Of a stretch of DNA of 64,000 bases, positions 16,149-28,867 are shown one piece after another. A model generated the notes under the pieces. That model was not told where the DNA came from. It saw only the letters and a program-made list of their open reading frames with translations, and did not search any database. Numbering within the stretch: position 1 is the stretch's first letter; the number at the start of each line of letters is the position of its first letter. The translations under genes and the position numbers were made by a program. This DNA comes from Protoeuglena noctilucae. Lineage: Eukaryota. The stretch lies in the NCBI GenBank assembly GCA_958009085.1, contig OY253674.1:1054001-1118000 (forward strand), read 5' to 3'.

Positions 16149-17125
16149 TCAATAGATGCGGGGGAGGAGCGTCGCCCGAGGGGCGGCTGGCAGGGCCCGG
16201 TCCCACTGCACGAAGAAGGCCGTGGTGAGGCGGAAAGCCATGAGAAGGCGGCCCGTGAGGGAGATGTCATCGACGCGGGCGATGCTCTCCACGAAGACCA
16301 CGTGGGGCCTGCAGCGCCCCGGTACTATGCTGAGGACCGTCGCCCACACCGCCACCAGCAGGCACGTGCCGGGCCCATTCACCAGAACGACCTGTGAGGC
16401 AGCAAAGATGCAAGCGATGTGAGGGGACCAGGCAGGTGAATGGGATAGCCAGAACCTGCCTCACGCCACAACAGGCTGCGCTCGGTCGACCATTTGTTGC
16501 CCTCCAGGTTTCACCTGGGGCGCGTGTTTCCAAACGACCCAGAGGGAGAAGAGCGCCGCCCACAGCGTGGTAGCCACCGACGTGATGTAGCTCTGCCCCA
16601 CCTTCCTGCACAGCCACTCAAAGGCTTGGTATTGACAGCCCTAGCAGCCAGGCATGCAGAGGCTGTCAATGGCGCGTTTCTGTCAGTGCACGTGCCACTG
16701 GGCATAACATGCGCACGTGATGGCTGGCACCTGCTCCGGGGAATGACCTCCACCACGCACGGGGCCATGGGTCCCTCATCTGCCAGGGCCTGGGCCTTGG
16801 CAGCGCTGTGGGTGTCCGATTGCGCCGTGACGAAGACGGCCCGCGCCACGCCCCGCCATTCCCAGTGCCGCAGCATCTGCAGCATCTCCGCTGTGTGGCC
16901 CCCACTCCCTGGGGCGGACAGCGAGAGGAAGAAACAGTTGTCGCCTTTCAGGTGCATCCACGCGTCGCACGTCGCCGAGAAAGTGCAGCACTCACCGAGT
17001 ACCACCATCATGACGGCGGCAGACTCGCGGCTGAGCTTCCTGGGCCCATGCGCCAGTCGATGCACTGCCCACAGAGCCCAGAGCAGCGCTGCAGCCCCGA
17101 GGATTGACCACATGATGCGATCCAT
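16149..17125 (-). CDS. ALG14: UDP-N-acetylglucosamine transferase subunit ALG14
   Basis: N-terminal transmembrane helix, then VVLG|SGGHTAEM, IPRSR, NGPGTC, VFVESIARV, SLTG and FVQW. Confidence 0.93.
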
Positions 17126-17493
17126 GCAATCTCAGGCATAGTGGTGACACAAGGGTACGCGGAAGATGCGAATCGGACGCTAGGCCAGCTCCAGATGCTG
17201 CAGGGTCACGCGTTCACATCAATTCAGCAGCATCTACGAGGATCTACGGCTTAGCACGGTTGCCCAGCAGTTCATTCTCGACGACAGTCTCATTGGTAGC
17301 GACCCGATGGGCCCCTCAGCGACTTTGTGGGTACGGCGGGCGCGTAAGTTTTCGCCAGTAAGGAAAACTCGCTGGAGCGCCAAAGGCGGATTGGCATGCA
17401 TCTGCGACGACCAGACGATGATGACGAGCGTGTAAACATCGTCATCGAGCGTCGCGCGAGGTGCACTTTACACGCCTGGGCTGAAGCCAGGCG

Positions 17494-20466
17494 ATGGGCC
17501 GCGACGGGAGGGACCGCGGGCACGGTTCGCGGTCCAGGTCACGGTGAGAGGTAGCTGAATGCGACGCCAAGCTGAGGCGGCTTCTAGAGGAGCTGAGGAC
17601 CTTCATCAGGACTGCGCAGCGTGCTGCTGCGGGGATGCCCGTTGCGCCCAGCGATGACGCGGTTCCATCGCGCCACCACAATCGCTTTATGGAATCACTT
17701 GCAGGTCCCCCAGGCGCTGGTCCCCGGAGAGGCGCGGCAGGGACAGGGGCGAGGACCGGGACCGTGACGGGCGGGGCTACCGTGGACGGGACAGATCTCG
17801 AGACAGGAGCCGCGACAGGGATTACCGGAGAGACAGGGATCGGGACCGGAGCCGTGACCGGGATTACCGCAGGAGCAGGGATCGGGACCGAAGCCGCGAC
17901 AGGGACTACAGGGGCCGGGAGCGCAGCCGGGAAAGGGAGTACAGGGATGGGAGGGACCGGGGCAGGGATGGCGACAGGGGCAGGGATGGGGACCGGGAGC
18001 GGTCCCGGGGTCGGGGAGGGAGCCGTGAGAGGGGTGGGGGCTCGTCTCGTGAGCGCGAGAGGCGGGAGGACGTCGGTGTCAATGGCGGCGCTGCGGAGGG
18101 GGCGGACGCGACAGGGAACGGCGGTCCGGGTCGTACAGCGGGGGACGTTGACGCGGGGTCTGCGGGTCCCGAGAGCTTAGCGCCGGGCAAGGTGCGTGCG
18201 GGTGCAAGCGCATGCGTGAGGGGCAGCATCCCATTGCCAAGCACGTCTGGTTGCACTGTCTATTGCATCGTCATCCATGGCGCCCCCCTGATTGCTGCAG
18301 AGCAAGGCAGACCGCCTGGCTGCATGGCGGAAGCTGAAGGAGCAGCAAGGCATCGGTGCCAGTGCGGGGGGCGACCAGGTGAGGCATTGTCGAACAGCAC
18401 AGGCGCTTGCGCACCTCTCTTCGTTGCGACAGAGTCATTGCAAATGCTTTAGAGAAGTCACCATGTTCCCGCAGCAGCCTTCCGGCAAGGTCTCGAAGGT
18501 GCAAGCGATGTTTGACGTGGCGGAGGAGGAGACGGAGCGGGTGCCCACGCGGCACCGCCCGGGGTACGTGCCCTCGTGGGTACCACCGGAGCGTCCCCAG
18601 GGGGCGGCGGTGGACGCGAGCCGCCCGCTGACGCTGGAGGAGATGGGTGTGGACCTGTCAGGCACTGCCATGGCGGGCATGCTGGGTGGCGGGGACGGGG
18701 GCGGGGGCGGGGGCGGAGAGGATGGGGAGGAGGACGACCCTTTCGAGGCTTTTCTGAATGCCGAGGTGATGCCAGAGGTGAGTGACGAGTGACACATAAC
18801 ACCGCCGCACTGCCATCGCTGGTGGTGTCTGTCTGGGTGTGGAGATGGCCGAGGTGGGGCAAGAGAGCATGAGACGGATAGCGTGGAGTAACAGCGAGGC
18901 TTTCCATGCACTCGAAGCTCCTCTCTCTTCGCAGCGCCCCTGGTAGCTGTGAGTGGGCGCATCACGGCTCCCGTGTCCGTCTGCCTCGATGCGCAGGTGA
19001 AGGAGAAGGAGGCCCAGGAGGCCAAGGCACGGGCGGAGGAGCTCCGCAAGATCGCCGAGGCGATGGCCCAGGGCAAGGGCATACCCCTGCTGGACGATTT
19101 GATGAAGGATGAGGAGGAGCCGCCCGACGCGACGGTGGAGGTGCCAGCCAACAAGGTCAAGCTGGTTATCGGGTGAGGGGGACAGGAGAAAGAGTAGGGA
19201 TACCGTGTGATGGGTGGTTTTGAGTGAGGAGGACTGAGGGTGACGTTGTACATGGCAGGGGACGTGACAGCCCCAGAGCTGGGCCTCGTGCTGCACATGT
19301 GATTGAGTCCCAGCTGGCCTGGTTTTTCACGTGTAAGATTGCTCGCGACCGCTCGCGTCCCCAGCCCCAATGGCGACCGCATCAAGGAAATCGAGCGCAA
19401 GTCGGGGTGCCGCCTGCAAGTGATGAGGTCCGAGGAGGACCTGTCGAAGGGATTCGGTCTCCAGGGATCGGGGCTGGGTAAGGAGAAGGAGAAGATGCTG
19501 AGGGAGGCCAAGGCCAAGCTGGCGGCAAAGAGCGGGGACGGTGGGGAGGAGACGAAAGAGGTGAGACCTTGGTGGCGACGGGGGGTGTGCAGGGGTGCAG
19601 GGTGGGGCAGGAATTGAGAAAGGACAAGTGGGATGGTTTGGAAGGTCGTGAGGTCGATGAGTCACCGTTCATGCGCATGCAGGCTGCGGGGGCGCCCAAG
19701 GTGGCATACGTGTACCTGTACGGGGACGCCGAGTGCTGCGACAGGGCTAAGGATATCATTGCCGAGGCGGTGGAGAACCGGGAACAGAAGGAGAAGAACA
19801 GGCGAGTAGTCATTAGAAATAACTACAGACAGTGGGCGGCATGCAGCAGCATTGCCGTCGCGCCCGCTGGCCAGCAGGCGTTGCTGTCACCAAGCAGCAG
19901 CGCTCGACGAAGTTATAGTGTTTGATTCCGGTCCATTTCCTGCTTTCATCGCAGACAGGCTCAGTACGAGAAGAAGCGCGAGGAGAAGCGCCGTGCCCGG
20001 GAGCTCTACTACATGCGCCACCGCAAGGACTACGAGGCACTGGAGGTGGCGGTGGGGATGCCCAAGTCGGAGATCCGCAAGGCTTTCAAGAAGCTGGCCA
20101 TCCTGTGGCACCCGGACAAGGCGAGGGGGCAGAGGGTGGCGCCAGTGGGGGTCGTGCTGTGCGCACGAGCACCTGTGCGCTCTGGCGCATCAATTCTCTG
20201 TTTGTGGTTGATACGACTGGATCCGTGGTTGATTGTTCGTTTTGCAGAACCCCGACAACCCGGCTGCCAAGGCCAAGTTCCAGGAGATCCATCGTGCGTA
20301 CAACAGCCTCATGTCCACGGACGAGGAGGAGGTGCAGCTGCAGCTGACGGCGTCCAAGAAGGCCAAGAAAGCCAAAGCGCAGGAGGAAGCCAGGGCGCAG
20401 GGGCAGGGGGGGCAGGGCGCGCAGGCAGAGGGGGCGAGGGAGGGGGGCGACGAGAGCGATGGGTAG
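17494..20466 (+). CDS. RS/RD-rich, KH-domain and J-domain (DnaJ) protein
   Basis: N-terminal RS/RD repeats; EEDDPFEAFL; KH domain VEVPANKVKLVIG|PNGDRIKEIERKSGCRLQV; J-domain DYEALEV...IRKAFKKLAILWHPDK|NPDNPAAKAKFQEIHRAYNSL with intact HPD. Confidence 0.85.
17811..17912 (+). repeat. Coding 42-nt tandem repeat (RDRDYRRxRDRDRS units)
   Basis: Units begin at 17811, 17853 and 17895 within the RS/RD exon. Confidence 0.8.
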
Positions 20467-20638
20467 GCAGGTGGAGGCGCTGTCAGGGGTGTGTGAGACG
20501 GCCTTCAACGTCGTGCTATGCAATTGAAACGGGCGTCCCGACAAGCTAGTTCTCAGCTCGGATATTGCCGATGGACAGCTGTGCTGCAGCACGCCCTCCT
20601 CGCCCCGGCAGCGCCCCAACCACCCGCAACCCGCCCCC

Positions 20639-22083
20639 TCAGTTGGGGGTCATGAACAGCGCCCTGCACTGCGCGCGCGTGTCCGCCGGCCCCGTCACCC
20701 GGTGCCCCTCCGTCCGCTCGCTCACGTAGATCTCGTAATCGTTGCCCCCCTCGTGCGTCTTGTCCCCGAAAAAGTGCACCGTGGAGAAGCTGCCGTCCAG
20801 GAATCGCAGGCTGCGGACGGGGTGGGGGCGACATCTATTCACCAGCGCACAAGCAACGAAGAGGCAGCTGACAGTGCCAGCGCTCACGAGGGCGGCCGGC
20901 GCGGATGTCGTCACTGACCAGTACGTCTTGTCCCACCCCGTGGGGAACACGTCGAACGAGATCTGACCCCCAATAGAGAAAGTCAACCCCAAGTCCCGGA
21001 ACTCCTCCCTCAGCTTTGCCACCTGCATGCAACACTGACATGGACCCGTCGCACGCGCGCGCGGCTGGGCAAGAGCACGTAGCCCTCTAACGCGTCCGTC
21101 ACCATCTCCTTCCGGATGCCGTGCTCCATGTCGTACTTTTCGAATGCATCGCGCTCCTCCTGGCTGCAGTTCCTCCCGATGGGCGACACGTTGAGCATGC
21201 CGTTGCGGAACTCGATGAACGTACCGCGCTGCGGGGTATTGTGAAGAGAGCGCAAGTTGGTTGGCACGCAGAGAGCCAACGGCGAGTGGCACGCGCACCT
21301 GCCCAGGTCCACCCCAGGAAGGGCACACACGCCGCCCCGACCACTGCTCCCCACCTTGATGGGGATGTTGAGGTCCGCGATGTAGTGCAGCACGTAGTTG
21401 ATGAAACGCTTGAGTTTGTCCTCGCCGAGGAACTCCTTGATCGACTGCCTGGCGATCTCCTGGCCGCCCTGCAGGGGCGGTCGAGAGATGCTCGGCAGCT
21501 GCGCCCGGCAGTCTCTGTGTGAGCCCCGCCAAGCCGGTCTGAACAAACGCCGAGCTTACCTTGATCGCAAGCAGTCCGTTCTCGGCAAAGATGTAGTCGT
21601 ACGTGTCGACGCAGTCGTCCCCCAGCTGCTCCTTGATTTTGGGGAGGTCCGATCCCCCTGCAGGAAGAGAATCCAGGAGCAGCGCTCGTGCGAGTGGGAC
21701 GCGCGATGTCGTCGTATGCGGGGTCGAAGCAGGGGCACGCGCAAGGATCGCTGACGAGTAGGCCGCGCTGAGCCAAAGCCGCCACGACCTTGGCACTCGA
21801 GCGGATCGCAGGAGCGGCCAAGGCCGCGTAAGGCGTGCTTTTTAGGACGCTAGAATTGCATGCAGCAGCTGGTCGCAACGACATCCTCGGAGATATCGAT
21901 GCGGGCGGATGCGGCGGCCCTCGATGACTGGCACGCTGTGCGCCCCTCACCGACGATTCCCACCGTGACGTGCTGCCGCAGGTCTCTCATGAACTGCCTC
22001 ATCTCATCGTCGATCTTGTTGCGGGGCACTGTGAGCGTGCCGTCCACATCGAAGAGCGCGATCACCCCGGGCACCTTTGGCAT
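20639..22083 (-). CDS. PMM: Phosphomannomutase (HAD family)
   Basis: [59 protein letters not shown] and [15 protein letters not shown]. Confidence 0.97.
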
Positions 22084-22655
22084 CGTCACGGTCGTCTCCT
22101 GCAGAATTCGAGAGTCCGGCAAGCAGGCTTGGTGAATGAGCAAAACAGTTAAACGTGTCGCTCTACACAGGACGTGGGGAGGGACGCCGGTTTCGCTTCT
22201 CAGGCGTGGTGTGCGCGTTTCTCTGGCGACGAAACGTGGATACCCCTTCACGATGAACGCGACACCTCGAGACGTCGCAGACAATTCGATCATTATCTCC
22301 GGCTGACGCGCTAACCCTCTCCTCGCCCTGGCACGTCAACTCGCTCGCCTGAGATACGCCCAACAGCTGTCCGCAGCGTTAGCAGTGTTCCGCGCCCAGG
22401 AGCTCGCGTTCTGGGCGGCGCACCTCTGCTCGGCTTAGGACATTGCAACTGTGATCTGGTCAGGGTATCGGGAGTGACATCAGAGGGCCAGGGGCGCTTC
22501 TCACAGTGGAATAACCTTGCCACGTAAGTTCTCCGCACGCTCTTCACGCTTCCACGCGCTGGCACCCCAGAATGAGCAATCATTCAACCTTTGATGCGAG
22601 GGTGACCGATGCGTGGCCTGCGCAACACTGCCCGACCTGCCCGGCCTGCGCGCAG

Positions 22656-24082
22656 ATGCGGGCACTGCTGGGCGCGGCCGGGCGCGCTCTCCTCAGCGAG
22701 AGCGCGTCAGCGGGAGTGAGCTCTCGCATCAGTGATATGGTGGCGCCATCCGTGATTTTCAGCGCCGCCGGTGCGTGTGACGCGCGCGATGCTGACTTGA
22801 GCACGCCTTGTTCACCCCGAACGGGTCTCCGTCAGGGCCGGCACCGGGTACCACTCGCTGACTGCGTGCGCGACCTGCACTTGCAGGCCTGCTCAACTTG
22901 GCGTTCAGCAACCGCCTGGCCGCCATCGTCGCGCGCCTGCGGCAGTTTGACGCCGAGCAGGCGAAGCTCGTGATCGAGTACTACCAGAACGCGGCCCCAG
23001 GGAAGGCGAGGGCCGTCGCGCTGTTGCACCAGCTGCGCTGGGCGCATGTGACTGCTGGCAATCATCGTTGCAGTGTGCAGTCTCGGTCGCAGGAGAACAT
23101 CCAGATGCTGCTGGGGGAGCGCATTGCGCAGATTGACCGGCAGCTGGGGTTAATCTTCAAGAGAGCGCGGCTCGCCAGGCAAGCACTAGTGGCACTGTGC
23201 TGCTCGGCAGCACCTGGCTCGTGTGGCCCTGTGCCAGCAACCCCCATCTCCCTCCCACTCCCGCAGGAGCAGCGTCATGTACACCATGGCATGCATCTAC
23301 TGCATGCTCATCTGCATTGGCGAGAGACTCATTATCGGCCGCCAGCAGAGCTTGTGCGGTTTGACTGACGCCTGACCTGACCTGACCGTGGCCCTCCTTT
23401 TACCCTTGCAGCCTTCATCGGCCTGGCCGCCTTTGCGGGGGGGTTCGCCTACCTGGCCGCTGTCACCTTCGCCCTGGGGGGCGTGACCCTCGCGATTGCC
23501 CTGTCTTACAACATGATTGAGCTGTCTACGGCGCTGAACCCAGTAGAGTACGAAGTGTCACAGGTGAGCATGCACCTGTGGGGTTAGTTATGCCTGGCAA
23601 GCAGCTGCCGAGTGGGTGCCAAGGAGCCCCCACCGCAGGCTGACTTCCTTGTACCCCCGTTTCTATCACAGGTGGGCGGCCATTACGTGCACAGCCGCCG
23701 CGGGAACGGGAATGGCAATGCGGGGGGCCCCGTGGGGAGGGACGGCCGGGGTTTGTCGGCCATCGTCGGGTCGGTGGTGGATCGCCTCAACATCGCCCAT
23801 GCCCTGGAGGACAAGTGAGGCCCATGCCTATCCCCATGTCAGGCACATGCGCTGCCCTGGGAGGGCCTGTCGCGTGGCCCTGCCGCGTTTCACTCCCCTC
23901 GACTCTCCCCTCTTTACAGGGAGGCTCTGGAGGCCGCGTTCGGTGGGAACCAGCCAGGCATCAACCGCGTGCAGAGCGGCTTCCATGCATGGTCGCGGCT
24001 GTCAGGGCGCGAGGCCCTCAGCGATGGCTTACACAGCGACTCCCAAGGCCAACACAATCCCCTGGGACCCATGGCCGCTTAA
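22656..24082 (+). CDS. DUF2721-like integral membrane protein
   Basis: The spliced product reads MVAPSVIFSAA|GLLNLAFSNRLAAIVARLR...QLGLIFKRARLAR|SSVMYTMACIY... followed by further transmembrane helices. This matches my recollection of the DUF2721 pattern (AP..L.....LL....NR..RI.DR.R...L.RR..L). Stop TAA 24080-24082. Confidence 0.65.
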
Positions 24083-24192
24083 ACACATGCCTCGACCCTT
24101 CCCACCCCTCGCCCGCTCCTCAGCTTGTCCTCATAGTCTAGACAGGTCTCTCGTCCACTCTGTGCAGTGTCACTTGAACGCATGACGTAGAC

Positions 24193-26662
24193 CTATGCGC
24201 GCTGCCTCTTGGTCGCACGTGCATCTACATCCGCCGGGCCCCTCACGTCGTCGCTGGCGGCTCTCGCGCCGCCATCGCCCGCGTACGTGGCCGTCAGCAC
24301 GCCGGCCACGACCGTGGGCTTCAAGGACACCCATAGACTCCCCCGCACCATCTCCCGCATCGCCTGGCTCCGGAGGCCGGGCGCTTCAATGTCCTTCGAC
24401 GCCGTCCAAAGCCCCTGCAAGTGCATCACCGCGTGCAGGGACACCGGCTGCTCCTTTGACTCCCCCGCCTCACCACAGGCGATGGGCACCCGCGGTGGCA
24501 CCCGTGTCCACCACAGCCCCTCCCTCGTCGGGGTAAGCAGCTCGGTCTGTGCAGCTGCGCGCGCCTCCTGCAGCCGCCAGATATCGCGACGTGAGCAATC
24601 TTGCCGTGGCGTCAGGCGGGGCGTCAGTATACCCAGTTTTCCTGCGCATCTGTGCGTTCTCACCGGCGCGAACATCCTCGCCGCCTTGACCGCCATGCTG
24701 GCCCAGGCCCCCGGCAGCGATCGGGAGGCGAACAGAGCGCAAACGCCATCCAGGAATGAGAGGAAGATGGCTAGGGGCATTGGTGCGGCGATGGATGCCT
24801 GCTTGCCTCCCTTGGACCCCATGCCGTCTTGCTCACGCTCCCACAACGGCACGCCCTCTGCCGTGGCAAGCAGCGCTGGATTCTGCAGAAGAGGCAGCGA
24901 CGACAGCAACTTTGGCAATGCAAAGCGCAAGGCCCTGACTCGATCTTGTCACATCCCTCGCTGCAGCCTCGCCTTGGTCAGCTCCGCAAAGCATTTGACG
25001 AATGCCTCCATCACGCCCTCCACGTCCTTGTAGAGCTCCTCGTCTGTGCTCTCGTACTGGTAGCTGGCCAGCACGCCCGCGCCCTGCGCCACCACCCACA
25101 TGGCGCCCAGGTACGCGTCCCAGCACGCTGCGGGCAGCACGGAACGAACCTACGCATGGCAGCCATGGAAGCCGTGCAAGGAACTCAGACGCACACCTAC
25201 ACCCGTGCCATCAACCCACACCCCGCACCTTGTAGCCAGCCCCGTCCCACCCCGGACGCTTCCAGGCTCGACCAGTGCGACCCCACGAAGCGTGCCATTC
25301 GCCCCAGGTACCCCGCGTAGAAGGAGTAAGGGTACCACAGCCGGTCGCCGTGGTCTAGCCGGGCACGAAGCACGGCCCTGGCAAACAGAGACCCGGGACA
25401 GTGCCAGTCGAACTTGCGGCTGGGGCTGGGGCCGGGTTCTTCAGAGAGCAGCATCCTCGCAGCTGCAGGCGGCAGGGGAGGACACAGCTAAGGGCATGGC
25501 ACAGTCCGTAGCTGCCATGACATCAACATTCCACAGCATCTGTGCCATGCCATGCCCACCTCGGTCCCAGGCCCCCTCGGCTGCGGCACTGTCAAGGGCG
25601 TCCTGCAGGGCGACCTCACAGAGGTCGGCGAGCGTGTCCGTGGCAGCGGGATACATGAGGTCGGGGCGCGTGGCCAGCGCGTGGCTGAGCATCCGGGCCT
25701 GCAGCTCCTGAATGCCCTCAGAGTCCAGCTCCGGGCCCTTGCGCGCCGTGATCGACGGGTCCATGCTGTTGACGGCAGCCACTGCAGGCATGCGTCATGC
25801 ACTTGCCCATCCGCAGTGGGTTATACGGGCTGGAGCCATCCGAGATGCCGCCGCCTGCCCTCCTCACCTAGCATGCCGTGCCAGTCGAGCCTCGCAGGGT
25901 GCCCCCCGCTGTAGAGCCACCCGCGCCACGCGGCGTCCGTCACAGGCAGGCCCCGCTTGTCGGGCCGGTCGACTGTCACCTCGATCGTGTCCTCTGAGTC
26001 ATCCCCACGACCCTTGCGTATCCAGCAGTGATCCTCGCTGACCTCCATGCGCAGGGGCCCATCGTCACCCAACCCGAGCATCTGCGCGACCGCCAGCGTC
26101 GTGATCACCACGCCCCCGCAGTCCAGGACCCGGCGGCCGCCCTTGCTGCCACTGCCGCCGCGGCGCAGAATGCTGGTGAAGGCCGCCACATGCTGCACGT
26201 GGTGGGCGTCCCTCGCTGCGTGGGCGGGACGCCTGGCTGAGCAGAGGAAGACCTTCCCAGAGATGCATGCAATATCTTGACCTCTCAGGGGCACGCACCA
26301 GCTTGGGCAACGGATAGTTTGGCCCAAATCGCGTTTGCGACGGCCTGCATCACGTCCCTGTCGCTCACTGCGCGAGTTTCCCAACGATGGACCGAGAGCT
26401 CCTGATTGACGAAGTCGGCAAGCAGCCGGTACTCTTCCTCGACTGCAGGGGAGGCGCGAGGAGCGGGAGGATGAGGGAAAGGAACGCCAAGCCACGCCCG
26501 CTGCGCAGACGCCCTGTTAGTCCCACCTTGCTTCTCCAGCTCAGTCGGCCATTGCTCGTCCTGAATGCAAGCTTCGATGAGGCCCAGCGCTATGGAGAAC
26601 CGCGCGATGTCTGGCTGCGGCTTGTCCAGCTCGCGCCGGAACATCTGCACCGTCTCCTCCAT
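24193..26662 (-). CDS. MEN1: Menin homologue
   Basis: Colinear menin blocks: FRRELDKPQPDIARFSIALGLIE; VANAIWAKLS; DAHHVQH; LDCGGV; SEDHCW; TIEVT...DKRG; WLYSGG; YPAATDTLADLCE; YPYSFYAGY; YQYESTDEELYKD; FLDGVC. Confidence 0.85.
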
Positions 26663-27016
26663 GCCCACCGCAGGCTCGCAAAGGGACAACAGCGGCCGGC
26701 ACGCGAGAGATGGTTTGCTCACGCATGCGCTCCGATGGAGCAGGCCACGTGGTTTCACCTGGTTCTGCGGTTTCACCCGGGTTTCACCAGCACCACAGTT
26801 CCAGCGCCCTGGTCAGCCGACGACGCGCTGATAGCAGTGCGGCGGGGACACGACGAGAATTGTTTAATACACGCCAGCCCGTCCCACGCGTCTTATCGAG
26901 TGTGTTTTGGCATCCAGCCCTTCCCAGCCACGCTTGCGTCTCAAGAGAGCCCTCCGGAGACCCCGGCATCATTCCCCCTTACTGGTGTACGCCAGCGTTG
27001 ACAGCGCAGGGCAGCC

Positions 27017-28776
27017 ATGAGCTCCGGGGTGTTCCAGCCGGTCGGGCAGAAGCGCCTGACGAACATCGCCGTCGTGAGGTGATTGCTGGCCCCCGCGGGG
27101 GCGCTCGGACACCTCATCGTACGCAGTCGATGATATTTCTCATCGTGAACAGCCGGGGCGATTCCAGATGCTTGAATATCGCACGCTCGGGCGGAGCCGG
27201 GGGCCGTGCCTCGACGCACCGAAGCCAGACCCCGCGCGCAGGATGCGCAAGGGAGGGAAGCGCTTTGAGATCGCCTGCTACAAGAACAAGGTCTTGAATT
27301 GGCGGAACGGCGTCGAGAAGGACCTGGATGAGGTTCTGCAGACGGAGGCGGTGTTTTCCAACGTGTCCAAGGTACGTCCGGCCGTGGAGGAGCCGCTGTG
27401 TGGTTGCAGTTGCCCTTTCGGGCTGCATATATTTGTCAAGTATGCGAGAACGGCCCGCTGCGCTCCGCAGGGTGTCCTGGCAGCCAAGGAGGACCTGGAG
27501 GCCGTGTTTGGGACCACCGACCAGCGTGCCATTTGCCTCGTCATCCTGGAAAAGGGCGAGCTGCAGGTGTCGGACAAGGAGCGCAAGGTTGAGCTTGATG
27601 CTCTTTTCCGCGACGTGGTCTCCGTCCTCGTGGACAAGTGCGTCAACCCTCAGGTGCGAACGGGGCTGGGGAGGGTTGCCATTGATGCCCCCCGTTTTAC
27701 AGCAGGGCTGTTGCCAGGTTCCCCTGCCAGGTGCATGGCTCGCAATCTCATGCTGCACGGCCACTCCTCGCATCGCAGACGGGGCGCCCCTACACGCACA
27801 CGCTGCTGGAGCGGGCGCTCCGGGACCTCCACTTCGCGGTGGACCCGACCAAGCCGGCCAAGGTGCAGGCATTCCAGGCGCTGGACAAGCTGCGGGCGGT
27901 GATGCCTATTGACCGCGCGCGGATGCGGCTGCTGGTCGAGGTGCCCGAGGCGTGCGAGGCGGAGGCCCGGGACCTCGTACGATCATGTGAGGGCCCCACT
28001 GCGAAATGCCGTGCAGCGTGGCACCCGCACGGTCTCATCTACCCGGGCCCCACACTTTCACCCATGACGCGCGCACCGCTCCTCTCCCGCAGCTAATGGC
28101 GTCGTCGAGTCCACCGACCTTCGCGACGGAATGTTCGCGTGCACGCTGCTCGTGGACCCGGGGAGCTTCCGGGACATGGATGCGGGGCTGCAGCGCATCG
28201 CCAGGGGCAAGTACCGCCTGGAGGTGGCCACCGTGGCAGTGCAAGAGGCGGACGAGGCGAGTGGGACGTTTTACGGCATGACGGATGATAATGAGCTGCC
28301 TTGCACGCGGCGGGCTGACGTGCTGCTGCCCTTCGTGACCTCAGCACGCGCCTGCCCAGGGTCTGGCGGCTCCACCTGTGGGGCAGATGGCGTCCCTCTC
28401 GCTGGCCAGCGCCCGCAACGTCGGGGGTTTCCAGCTGGCCGCGACCAGCGCGGGTGCCGCCCGCGGCTCAACGGGGCAGGTGATGGCGGCGCCGCGCTCT
28501 GGACCGTCACTCGATCCGGGGGACGCCGCGGGGCCGTCGGGGCGCGTGGTGGTCCCGCGCTGCGCGATCGGCGCGCTTCCCGCCGAGTACGAGACCCGGC
28601 GCGAGCGCTTCGCCGAGCTGGACGGCCTGCAGCCCGGGTGGACGGTGGAGCTGCGTGAGAAGGGGGGCTCGGATTTGGTGGACGCGGTGTTCTACTCTCC
28701 GTCGGGAGACTTCTTCAAGTCCTTTGCCGCGGCGCGACGATCCGCGCTCGAGTGGAGCAAGGCCCATGGGTCCTGA
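27017..28776 (+). CDS. SBDS: Ribosome maturation factor SBDS/Sdo1 with C-terminal MBD-like extension
   Basis: [84 protein letters not shown] and LVDPGSFR. Confidence 0.95.
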
Positions 28777-28867
28777 TCCAAGTCCTATGCGAGGGCAGCT
28801 GCATGCGCAGCTCGGGAGACCTCGTTGTGGCAAGCTGCGTGAGGTGTGTCGCCTCTCCGCGCCTCCT

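Noticed and set aside
17811..17912. 42-nt coding repeat as part of the splice-site duplication class
   Set aside because: It lies mid-exon and is ordinary RS/RD-domain expansion.
23362..23386. (C)TGAC micro-repeat in an intron
   Set aside because: Simple repeat of the branch-point-like motif, with no further evidence of function.
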